Below, one piece after another: positions 27,415 to 35,825 of a stretch of 64,000 nt of DNA; position 1 is the stretch's first letter, and each line of letters starts with the position of its first letter. The stretch is from positions 68,793 through 132,792 of the forward strand of contig CALESQ010000076.1 in NCBI GenBank assembly GCA_937907455.1, in the 5' to 3' direction. The notes under the pieces were generated by a model. That model worked only from the letters and a program-made list of their open reading frames with translations. It searched no databases and had not been told where the DNA came from. The position numbers were made by a program, and so were the translations under genes. This stretch comes from an uncultured Caldilineales bacterium (GTDB lineage: Bacteria; Chloroflexota; Anaerolineae; JAAEKA01).

Positions 27415-28923
27415 ATGAACAAAGTATTGGTTGTGTTGATTGTGATGATAAGCTTGTGTCCGCAGTCAGCCCATAGCGCGGCAAGTCGCCCGGACAAGGT
27501 GGCGGCGGCGCTATGGCAGGCTACCGAAGAGAACCAGAGCGCTGAATTTCTGGTGATTTTGCAGCAACAAACTGATTTGAGCGCGGTTGCGCGGGTGGGT
27601 GCGCCCGGCACGCAGGTGCAGGCTGTGTACGACGCGCTGCGCACCACCGCCCAGCGCAGTCAGAAGCCCTTGCAAGCCTGGCTGCAACGCCGCGGCTTTT
27701 CTTATCAGAGTTTCTATCTGGTGAATATGCTGCGGGTGACGGGCGACCGGGCGCTGTTGTTGGCGCTGGCACAACGGGCTGATGTGGCACGGCTGATAGC
27801 CAATCCGGCTGTGGTGGGCGTTGCGCCTTTGCCCGTGGAGTCAGCGCTCGATACCATGCCGCACGCTGCCGCGGGTATTGAATGGGGTGTGAGTTTTGTG
27901 AACGCGCCGCAGGTTTGGCAGCGTGGCATCACCGGCACAGGGGTGGTGATCGGCGTGCAGGATACCGGCGTGCTGTGGCAGCATCCTGCGTTGCGCGGGC
28001 ATTACCGCGGCTGGGATGGGGGCACAGCACACCATGACTTCAACTGGCATAGTGCCGTGGGTATCACCGTGGCCTGCGCCGACCCGGCACAGCCCTGCGA
28101 TCCGGTAGGGCATGGCACGCATGTCACCGGTACCGCCGTAGGTGATGATGGCGCGGGCAACCAAATCGGCGTGGCCCCAGGCGCGCAATGGATTGCCTGT
28201 CGCAATATGGACGATCAGGGACGCGGCTCGCCGGCCAGCTACATCGAATGCTTTGAGTTTTTGCTGGCTCCCTATCCCTTTGGCGGCGACCCACAAACCG
28301 CTGGCCGCCCCGACCTCGGTGCGCAGATCATCAACAATTCGTGGCATTGCCCGCCCAGCGAGGGATGCGACCATTTTACGCTGCAACAGGCGCTGGAGGC
28401 CGTGCGCGCGGCCGGGATCATGCTGGTGGTTTCGGCGGGCAACAATGGTTCGGCCTGCGGCAGTGTGCTCTATCCGCCTGGCACCTACGATGCAGCCTAC
28501 AGCATCGGTGCATTCGACAGTGCCGGAGTGATTGCGCCGTTCAGCAGCCGTGGGCCGGTTACGTTCAACGGCAGCGGCCTCAGCAAGCCCGATCTCAGCG
28601 CACCGGGTGTAGCGGTGCGTTCAGCCAGCCCGGGTAACGACTATCGCCTGCTGTCCGGCACTTCCATGGCCGCGCCGCATGTCAGCGGGGTCGTGGCACT
28701 GATCTGGTCAGCCAATCCTGCACTGATCGGCCAGATAGATGCCACCGAGGCGTTGCTCAACCGCACGGCGCGGCCTGTGGCTGACCAAACCTGCGGGCCA
28801 TCCAACATCCCCGGCTACAACCATACGTATGGCTGGGGAGCGGTGGATGCCCTGGCTGCGTTGCGCGCCTCGCAACACGAGTTGTATCTGCCGATGATGT
28901 GGCGGCACGCGGCACGCCGGTAA
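27415..28923 (+). CDS. secreted subtilisin-like serine protease (peptidase S8)
   Basis: Signal peptide; catalytic triad motifs VIGVQDTGV (Asp), GHGTHVTG (His), SGTSMAAPHVSG (Ser); inhibitor-I9-like propeptide. Confidence 0.85.
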   Translation: MNKVLVVLIVMISLCPQSAHSAASRPDKVAAALWQATEENQSAEFLVILQQQTDLSAVARVGAPGTQVQAVYDALRTTAQRSQKPLQAWLQRRGFSYQSFYLVNMLRVTGDRALLLALAQRADVARLIANPAVVGVAPLPVESALDTMPHAAAGIEWGVSFVNAPQVWQRGITGTGVVIGVQDTGVLWQHPALRGHYRGWDGGTAHHDFNWHSAVGITVACADPAQPCDPVGHGTHVTGTAVGDDGAGNQIGVAPGAQWIACRNMDDQGRGSPASYIECFEFLLAPYPFGGDPQTAGRPDLGAQIINNSWHCPPSEGCDHFTLQQALEAVRAAGIMLVVSAGNNGSACGSVLYPPGTYDAAYSIGAFDSAGVIAPFSSRGPVTFNGSGLSKPDLSAPGVAVRSASPGNDYRLLSGTSMAAPHVSGVVALIWSANPALIGQIDATEALLNRTARPVADQTCGPSNIPGYNHTYGWGAVDALAALRASQHELYLPMMWRHAARR

Positions 28924-29109
28924 TGCAGTTGCTTCATGCACTGATCTGCCGATGGTTTTCTGACTTGGATGGTGTTTATAGTCAATATTTGATAGCTGCA
29001 TGATAGCTTTCTGATATTCTCATAGAGTTGTTTACAGCTATAATTGTTTGTCTCAATATTATTTTTTGTTGTCTGATTGATGTTTTGACTGTCGTCGGCT
29101 GATTGCCCT

Positions 29110-29700
29110 ATGCCTTCCTTGCCGCCCTATTTGTTTTCGTTGTTGACTTTGCCTCTGTTGGCGAGCATGAACATCTTTGTGGTCATGCGGCGTCCGCGCG
29201 AGCCGCTTTCGTGGGGATTTACCGGCACACTGATTAGTTTATTCGTCTTCTTCCTGGGCGATGTCATGCAGTATCAGTATGGCATCTCGGTGGAAAGCAG
29301 CTTGATGTGGCAGTATATTGAAAGCCTTGGGGCCAATGGCACAGTGCTGTCGGGGTTGGCATTGATCCTGATATTGCGCAACCGTCGCTTGCTGCGGTGG
29401 GAATGGATTTTGTTTGTGTTTATCGCTGTGCGGGTGGTTTTTGATATGGTGTGGCTGGGCACTTTCGTTCGCCCTGAGGTGATCCAGACATGCACTAACA
29501 CCCTGGGCATGCCACGGCTCACCTGCCCGCCCGCCGATCGCTGGTCACAGTTTTTCTTTGCCCTGACCGGATTGGCGGTGATTGCGCTGTTTGTCAGCAC
29601 CGCCTTCAAGGTTACCGGCCCGCGCCGTCCCATTGTGCGGCGCTATCTGGTGTGGGCTGCTGTGATTGTGGCCCTGAACAGTGTTATTTGGCAGGGGTAG
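29110..29700 (+). CDS. hypothetical polytopic membrane protein
   Basis: 196 aa with about 6 hydrophobic segments. Its TAG stop overlaps the GTG start of the next gene by 1 nt. Confidence 0.5.
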   Translation: MPSLPPYLFSLLTLPLLASMNIFVVMRRPREPLSWGFTGTLISLFVFFLGDVMQYQYGISVESSLMWQYIESLGANGTVLSGLALILILRNRRLLRWEWILFVFIAVRVVFDMVWLGTFVRPEVIQTCTNTLGMPRLTCPPADRWSQFFFALTGLAVIALFVSTAFKVTGPRRPIVRRYLVWAAVIVALNSVIWQG

Positions 29701-30833
29701 TGGTCATTACCCAGCGCAACAACTCGTTGTTGTGGACCGGCGTAGCTGTTTTAATGGCGCTGGCGGTGCTGATGCGTATGTTTTTGGCGCTGGAGGAGAT
29801 GGAAACGGGCGTGCGTTTTCCCACTTTGGGCTGGCAGGCGTTGATGTGGCTGTTTGGCCTGCTGTTAGCTGTTTTTGCCGATCTGGTTTGGAAAAGCATG
29901 GAAGCGCCTGTGCTGACCATGATTGCCCTGGCGGTTGGCATGGCCGGCGGTGGCACGGCGTTGGTCAATTCGTTGTTGCATCACCCGGCCAAAGCCGATG
30001 CCTTAGCCTTTGCCCCGACAGGTGATCTCTCGCTTCAGCGCGCCGCTGTGGCGATGCCTTTCACGTCGTCACAGCCATTGGAAGCAGTGACATCCGATCC
30101 CTATGTCTTGCGCGTTTTCTTGTTTGGCCCCATGCGTGTGGTGCGTCAGGGAGAAAGTTTGGCCAACACGGCCGAAGTATGGCGGTCGGGCAAAACACGT
30201 TCGTTACTGGTGTTGCTGGCTCTGCGCCGCCATAACGGAGTGACGGCCTTTGACATTGCCGAAGCGTTGTGGCCGACCGGCGCGGAGATGGATGGCGATG
30301 CTGATCGCAAAAGTCAATCAGCTATGCGCAGCTATCTTTCTACCTTGCGTCGCGTGCTGGACCCCGAACCGCGCAGCGATCAGCCGCGCATTGTGCGTGA
30401 TGGTGAACGCTATTTCCTGCGCAGCGAAGGACTTTGGCTGGATTTGTGGGAGTTCGAGACGCTGGTAGAGCAGGCCGAGAAGCTGACTGCCAGTGCCGCT
30501 TTCGCCGAGGCGCTGGCCTGCTGGCAACAAGCTGTGGCGCTCTACTCGCCTGAAGGACTGCTGCCCGATGAGATGAATCTGCCTGCCGAGATCATCGAGC
30601 TTATGCGACAACGTACCCAACGCTGTTATTTGAAGGGACTGCGCATCCTGGCGCACGCCGAAGCCATAGATGAACGGGCTGTGACACTGTGGGAGGCACT
30701 CAATCAGGCGGACCCGTTCGACAACGAAGCCTTGCGCTGGCTAGTGAGTCATTATCAGAACACCAGCGACCGGCGCAAACTGCTTGAGCTGCTGCAACAC
30801 CATCCGGATGCGCAACGGCTGCTTAAAAGATAG
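29700..30833 (+). CDS. membrane-anchored SARP-like regulator (TM segments + OmpR-type wHTH + BTAD domain)
   Basis: About 4 N-terminal TM segments, then VFLFGPMRVVRQGE..KTRSLLVLLAL..IAEALWP (wHTH), then LDLWEFE..AL.CWQQAVALY (BTAD). Start may be GTG 29700 or 29652. Confidence 0.65.
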   Translation: MVITQRNNSLLWTGVAVLMALAVLMRMFLALEEMETGVRFPTLGWQALMWLFGLLLAVFADLVWKSMEAPVLTMIALAVGMAGGGTALVNSLLHHPAKADALAFAPTGDLSLQRAAVAMPFTSSQPLEAVTSDPYVLRVFLFGPMRVVRQGESLANTAEVWRSGKTRSLLVLLALRRHNGVTAFDIAEALWPTGAEMDGDADRKSQSAMRSYLSTLRRVLDPEPRSDQPRIVRDGERYFLRSEGLWLDLWEFETLVEQAEKLTASAAFAEALACWQQAVALYSPEGLLPDEMNLPAEIIELMRQRTQRCYLKGLRILAHAEAIDERAVTLWEALNQADPFDNEALRWLVSHYQNTSDRRKLLELLQHHPDAQRLLKR

Positions 30834-30941
30834 CGCATTGCTGCGGCCGGTCTCTTCAGCGGTTCGTACTCCCTGAAACACGCTACTTTGCGCTGCTTTT
30901 ATCCCTGATTTTACCGCTGTGACCGTCTCAGGTAGCGAAAA

Positions 30942-30988
30942 CCTCACTGACAGCATGGATAGCTTGCTGCCAGTGAGGTTTTGTTTTT
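30942..30988 (+). terminator. rho-independent terminator
   Basis: CCTCACTGACAGC...GCTGCCAGTGAGG stem with one mismatch, followed by TTTTGTTTTT. Confidence 0.7.
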
Positions 30989-31181
30989 CGTGATTGTTGA
31001 AATTGCTCTTCCAGGTAGCAATTTCGTAACAACATGGCGTTATAATAGCGTTATTGATAGGGGCTAACTCTTGCTGGATTTGGTGCAATTTTAGGCTGAG
31101 GGGGAACTAAAAGAAGTGGCTTTGATCAATGGTCTGGTTAAAGCAACTGCATCGCAACCACAGAGCCATCCTTATCACCGA

Positions 31182-31210
31182 GGCCAGCACAAGCTGGCCT
31201 TTTGGTTTGC
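31182..31210 (+). terminator. orphan rho-independent terminator with no annotated upstream gene
   Basis: GGCCAGC-ACAA-GCTGGCC followed by TTTTGGTTTG. Lies about 190 nt beyond the previous terminator. Confidence 0.5.
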
Positions 31211-31257
31211 GGGGATCGAGTTTTTCTACGTACTTCAAATGGGCTTATCCATTTTGC

Positions 31258-32091
31258 CTAAGGCCAAATTTCTACCCCAGCCGCAGCAAACAGCGGCTGG
31301 GCAGCGGCCTGATCCTGCGCGGGGCTGGCAGGCAACGGAACCAGCACGGCATCGTGCCCCGCGGCACTCAGCCGTTGATTGGCCGCTGCGCAGGCTGCGG
31401 CGTCCCAGCCCAGCCTGCCAATTAGCCGTGTTTGCGCAGTAACGCGGCGCACGTTGAAATCTTCCAGCAGGGCACGCAGGCTAAACTGGCCCGGTGCTGT
31501 GCCGGCTCCTTCATCCGGTGCGGCAAAACTTAACAAGGCGTTGGGTTGAGCAAAGGCTAAAATGCGGCTTGCTGCACCCGGCGCACCCATCGCCAGGGCA
31601 ATGGTTGGGCGCCGCGCTGCGGCCAGCACCTGCACCGCACGCGCGCAGTCGGTGAGTGAGTGCGCCATACCCACCACCTTCACCACATCGGCTCCGGCGG
31701 CCCATAGTGCAGCAGCCTGCGCAGCCAGATCGTTCGGCATGGCGGCGAAGTTGTGTTGTGACAAAATTATGCGGGTGCGGCTGCGGTCAAACTGCGGCAG
31801 CACGGCAGCGGCATCCCCTTCCAGGTCTACATAATCTGCACCAAGCTGCGCAGCCTGACGCAACAGCTTGAGTCTGGCGGCTTCACTGCCGGGCCATCGG
31901 CCTCCTTCGCGCGGGGGACGGCAGGTGATAATCACCGGTAGGGGGCGGTCGGCCAGCAGTGCAGGCAGATCAAATTCCTGCATTAAATCCAGGCGCAGTT
32001 CTGCCAGATCGGCGCGACCAACGGCTTGCTGCATGGCCCGACGGGCCGCTGTGGTGGTGGGTTCAGCCAAAGCCAAAGCAATTAGAGTCAT
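31258..32091 (-). CDS. aroD: 3-dehydroquinate dehydratase type I with a vestigial shikimate-dehydrogenase N-domain tail
   Basis: DLAELRLDL, ITCRP..EGG and VKVVGMA (Schiff-base Lys region) are typical of type I DHQase. The last ~60 aa resemble the AroE N-terminus (TRLIGRLG...DAVLVPLP). Confidence 0.7.
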   Translation of the reverse strand: MTLIALALAEPTTTAARRAMQQAVGRADLAELRLDLMQEFDLPALLADRPLPVIITCRPPREGGRWPGSEAARLKLLRQAAQLGADYVDLEGDAAAVLPQFDRSRTRIILSQHNFAAMPNDLAAQAAALWAAGADVVKVVGMAHSLTDCARAVQVLAAARRPTIALAMGAPGAASRILAFAQPNALLSFAAPDEGAGTAPGQFSLRALLEDFNVRRVTAQTRLIGRLGWDAAACAAANQRLSAAGHDAVLVPLPASPAQDQAAAQPLFAAAGVEIWP

Positions 32092-32220
32092 GGGATGATT
32101 GTAGCTTGGGCTGCGACAACACGCAAGCGGATAGTTTAGCGATGGGTGCGCTGGTCTTGCGCACCTGGACTTGACAACATGCCGCTTTCGCATTCATAAT
32201 TTGAGTTGGCGCTCTATCCG

Positions 32221-32750
32221 GCTCTGGCCGGTCCCTGCGGGATGGTTCCCAATCTCCAGACCGTGCCAGTGTGCTTGCGGACTCGGTCTGGAGACCGGCC
32301 GCAGCATGGACGTGTGCTTGCGGACTCGGTCTGGAGACCGGCCGCAGCATAGGAAGCATCCCGCGGAGACCGGCCGCAGCATAGGAATTACCCCGCGGAG
32401 ACCGGCCGCAGCATGCAGGACTTATTCGCTCTGGCCGGTCCCTGCGGGATGGTTCCCAATCTCCAGACCGTGCCAGTGTGCTTGCGGACTCGGTCTGGAG
32501 ACCGGCCGCAGCATGGGAAGCATCCCGCGGAGACCGGCCGCAGCAAAGGAATTACCCCGCGGAGACCGGCCGCAGCATGGACGTGTGCTTGCGGACTCGG
32601 TCTGGAGACCGGCCGCAGCATAGGAATTACTCCGCGGAGACCGGCCGCAGCATAGGAATTACTCCGCGGAGACCGGCCGCAGCATAGGAATTACTCCGCG
32701 GAGACCGGCCGCAGCATAGGAATCATCCCGCGGAGACCGGCCGCAGCATA
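32221..32750. repeat. complex tandem array: 12 copies of core GGAGACCGGCCGCAGCA plus two inverted full dispersed elements
   Basis: Core starts at 32290, 32333, 32365, 32397, 32497, 32529, 32561, 32604, 32636, 32668, 32700 and 32732, giving spacings of 43, 32, 32, 100, 32, 32, 43, 32, 32, 32, 32. Full elements lie at 32221..32262 and 32428..32469. Confidence 0.9.
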
Positions 32751-32770
32751 CATTTGATACTTTTTTTGAT

Positions 32771-33457
32771 ATGGATACTCAGCAATTACCCGAAGCGATG
32801 AGCGAAAGCGTTGAAATGTACCTGCTGCGCGTTGCCCTCCTGCAAGAGGATGACCGCCCGGTGCCTATCTCCGCGCTGGCCGAGGAAATGACGGTATCGC
32901 CAGTGTCGGCTAACCAGATGTGTCGCAAGCTGGAAGAACGTGGGCTGGTACATTACGAGCCTTACAAAGGGGTGACGCTTACCCTGAACGGCGAGGCGCT
33001 GGCTATGCGTGTGCTGCGCAAGCGCCGTTTGTGGGAGGTGCTGCTGGCCGATAAACTAGGCTTAGGCCCCGCTCAGGCCGAGGATATTGCTTGCCGCTTC
33101 GAGCATGTCACCCCAGACTGGCTGGGCGAACGTCTGGCCGATTTTCTTGGCAATCCGACCTATAGCCCGCAGCAAGAGCCGATCCCCCCGAGTATTGGGG
33201 TAGCCGTGCGCCGGCCGCGTTTGATGCTGGCCGCGTTGGGGCTTAATCAGCCGGCGCAGGTGGGGCGGGTGCTGGCCGAGGATGCTACGCGCGAGTTTCT
33301 ACGCAGTCATGGCTTGCAGCCCGGTGCGTCTGTGCGTGTGTTGGCATTGGCTGATGCCGGTGCTTTGCTGGTGGAAAGCAACGGGGATCGGCTGATGATT
33401 GGCGCCGAGCTGGCGCAGCAGATTGAGGTGATCACGGCGCGGGCGGTGAAGCCCTGA
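32771..33457 (+). CDS. DtxR/MntR-family metal-dependent transcriptional regulator with a C-terminal FeoA/SH3-like domain
   Basis: SESVEMYLLRV..ISALAEEMTVSPVSANQMCRKLEERGLV wHTH, a dimerisation helix region, and a C-terminal FeoA-like segment. Start may be 32771 or the ATG at 32798. Confidence 0.85.
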   Translation: MDTQQLPEAMSESVEMYLLRVALLQEDDRPVPISALAEEMTVSPVSANQMCRKLEERGLVHYEPYKGVTLTLNGEALAMRVLRKRRLWEVLLADKLGLGPAQAEDIACRFEHVTPDWLGERLADFLGNPTYSPQQEPIPPSIGVAVRRPRLMLAALGLNQPAQVGRVLAEDATREFLRSHGLQPGASVRVLALADAGALLVESNGDRLMIGAELAQQIEVITARAVKP

Positions 33458-33474
33458 ACCGCTGGAAGCAAACC

Positions 33475-33520
33475 ATAAAAAAGCGTGGCCGGTGTATCTA
33501 CCGCGCCACGCTTTTTTTAT
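33475..33520. terminator. bidirectional rho-independent terminator
   Basis: A-run, then AAGCGTGGCCGG...CCGCGCCACGCTT, then a T7 run, between the convergent DtxR-like gene and dnaK. Confidence 0.8.
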
Positions 33521-33539
33521 GGTTGATTGCCGCTATGGC

Positions 33540-35423
33540 CTAAACCGTGCGGAACTCGCCCTCAACCACATCATCTTCTGGGGTGGCAGAGGTGGGGCCA
33601 TGTTGGCCGTTGCCGTTGGGCTGGTTGTAAGCCTGCTCGCTCAGACGATAGCTGGCCTGTTGCACGCGTTGCATAGCCTCACGAATGGCGTTGGCATCCT
33701 CACCGCGTAGCGCAGTGCGCAGATCGCTCACCAGGGTTTCGATGCCCTGGCGGTCACTTTCACTGATTTTGCCGCCCTCGGCAAGGTCATGCAAACTGTT
33801 GTCCACGCTGTAGGCCAGGGCGTCGCCTTCATTGCGCGCTTCAATCAGCTTGCGGCGACGCTCGTCGCTGCTTTTGTTGATCTCAGCTTCGCGCACCATA
33901 CGCTCTACTTCAGCCTTTTGCAGGTTAGTGGAGGCGGTGATGGTGACGCTTTGCTGCTTGCCGGTGGCCTTGTCCTGCGCGCTGACGTGCAGAATGCCGT
34001 TGGCGTCAATATCGAACACAACTTCGATTTGTGGCAGGCCGCGCGGAGCCGCGGGAATGCCTTCCAGGTTGAACTGCCCCAGGCTGACATTGTCGGCAGC
34101 CAGCGGACGCTCTCCTTGCAGCACGTGTACCGTTACCGCGGTCTGGTTGTCATCGGCGGTGCTGAACACCTGGCTGCGTCGGGCGGGAATGGTGGTGTTG
34201 CGCTCGATGATCGGCGTCAGCACGCCACCCAGTGTTTCCAGGCCCAAAGTCAGCGGGGTTACATCCAGCAGCAGTACGTCCTTGACATCGCCTGTCAGCA
34301 CGCCACCCTGCAAGGCCGCACCAATGGCTACCACTTCATCAGGGTTGACGCCTTTGTGTGGCTCTTTGCCACCGGTCAGTGAGCGTACCAGTTCCTGCAC
34401 CATCGGCATACGTGTAGCGCCGCCCACCAGCACCACCTCATCAATCTGCTGCGCCGAGAGTTTGGCATCACGCAGTGCTGCCTCGAAAGGCGCTTTCAGC
34501 CGTGCCGTAAGCTGCCCGCTGAGCTGCTCAAACTTGCTGCGGCTGATGGAAAGCTGCAAGTGCTTCGGCCCGTTGGCATCGGCGGTGATGAAGGGCAGGT
34601 TCACCTCGGTCTCCAGCACGCTTGATAGCTCGATCTTGGCCTTTTCTGCAGCCTCCTTCAGGCGCTGCAAGGCCTGGCGGTCGCTGCGCAGGTCAATTCC
34701 TTCCTGCTGTCGGAACTGCTCGGCAATGTAGTCTACCAACACCTGATCGTAGTCATCGCCGCCGAGATGAGTATCACCCGCGGTGGCTTTCACTTCCACC
34801 ACACCATCACCTACTTCCAGCACCGAGACATCGAAGGTGCCGCCACCCAGGTCAAACACCAGGATAGTTTCGTTAGCCTTTTTGTCTAGGCCATAGGCCA
34901 GCGCGGCTGCGGTCGGCTCGTTGATAATGCGCAGCACCTCAAGACCGGCGATTTTGCCCGCGTCTTTAGTGGCCTGTCGTTGACTATCGTTGAAATAGGC
35001 CGGTACAGTGATAACCGCTTGCGTCACCGGTTCGCCCAGGTAAGCTTCGGCATCCGCCTTCAGCTTGCCCAGGATCATGGCGCTAAGCTCCTGCGGTGAA
35101 AAGGTTTTGTTCTTCAGCGGAATGCGCACGCGCACATCGTCGGCAGGCCCTTCCACCAGTTCATAAGATACATGTTCGCCGCGGGCTTCATCATAGCGGC
35201 GGCCCATAAAGCGTTTGATGCTGGCTACGGTGTTTTCCGGGTTAATCACAGCCTGGCGGCGGGCGGTTTGGCCCACCAGACGCTCGCCGCTTTTCACAAA
35301 TGCAGCTACCGACGGTGTGGTGCGGCTGCCTTCAGCGTTGGGGATCACTACCGCATCGCCGTTTTCTACAACTGCTACCACTGAATTCGTAGTTCCGAGG
35401 TCAATTCCTACAATCTTGTTCAT
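33540..35423 (-). CDS. dnaK: molecular chaperone DnaK (Hsp70)
   Basis: [28 protein letters not shown] and [10 protein letters not shown] signatures. ATG at 35423 with GGAGA upstream. Confidence 0.95.
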   Translation of the reverse strand: MNKIVGIDLGTTNSVVAVVENGDAVVIPNAEGSRTTPSVAAFVKSGERLVGQTARRQAVINPENTVASIKRFMGRRYDEARGEHVSYELVEGPADDVRVRIPLKNKTFSPQELSAMILGKLKADAEAYLGEPVTQAVITVPAYFNDSQRQATKDAGKIAGLEVLRIINEPTAAALAYGLDKKANETILVFDLGGGTFDVSVLEVGDGVVEVKATAGDTHLGGDDYDQVLVDYIAEQFRQQEGIDLRSDRQALQRLKEAAEKAKIELSSVLETEVNLPFITADANGPKHLQLSISRSKFEQLSGQLTARLKAPFEAALRDAKLSAQQIDEVVLVGGATRMPMVQELVRSLTGGKEPHKGVNPDEVVAIGAALQGGVLTGDVKDVLLLDVTPLTLGLETLGGVLTPIIERNTTIPARRSQVFSTADDNQTAVTVHVLQGERPLAADNVSLGQFNLEGIPAAPRGLPQIEVVFDIDANGILHVSAQDKATGKQQSVTITASTNLQKAEVERMVREAEINKSSDERRRKLIEARNEGDALAYSVDNSLHDLAEGGKISESDRQGIETLVSDLRTALRGEDANAIREAMQRVQQASYRLSEQAYNQPNGNGQHGPTSATPEDDVVEGEFRTV

Positions 35424-35543
35424 GAGAATTTCTCCGTTTGTTAGGTTGGCAGGGTGAAGAGTTAAGAGTTGAGAATTGATAAACAACTGGTAAATGATTA
35501 ACGACCGAAGACCGGATGACAAAGTACACATATTTACTTTTTC

Positions 35544-35613
35544 TTTGTCTACTTGTCTACTTCTTCCTTGTCTACTTTTCCCTTGTCTACCTGTCTACTT
35601 CTTCCTTACCTGT
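35544..35613 (-). repeat. 8-bp-period short tandem repeat, reverse orientation, in the dnaK-lexA divergent region
   Basis: Repeated TTGTCTAC units (TTGTCTAC TTGTCTAC TTCTTCC TTGTCTAC TTTTCCC TTGTCTAC CTGTCTAC TTCTTCC TTACCTGT). Confidence 0.8.
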
Positions 35614-35730
35614 TTCTTTCTTTTCTCTTACTATAACACTGCTGTATTAGAGCAGTATCGGCGAAGTGTTGGAAATGTATTAGCGTCATGGGTTGGGATA
35701 TGGGCTTGCGATACATTTGGGAATTTGACT

Positions 35731-35744
35731 AGAACAATAGTTCG
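35731..35744 (+). promoter_or_regulatory. LexA (SOS/Cheo-type) box 1
   Basis: AGAACAATAGTTCG fits CGAAC-N4-GTTCG, 82 nt upstream of the lexA ATG. Confidence 0.75.
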
Positions 35745-35755
35745 TGGTATCATTG

Positions 35756-35769
35756 CGAACAGATATTCT
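35756..35769 (+). promoter_or_regulatory. LexA box 2 (imperfect)
   Basis: CGAACAGATATTCT: a perfect left half-site and a right half ATTC instead of GTTC, 11 nt after box 1. Confidence 0.5.
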
Positions 35770-35825
35770 AAACCGTCTTCGCCGCCTACTATAGGCCGCC
35801 CACTTCCAGATTGTCGAGGTGTCCG

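Noticed and set aside
32221-32750. Possible CRISPR array, because of regularly spaced direct repeats.
   Set aside because: The intervening segments are only about 14-26 nt and are themselves repeated almost identically (AGGAATTACTCCGC recurs). No unique spacers, no cas genes and no leader are present. It is a tandem repeat, not a CRISPR.
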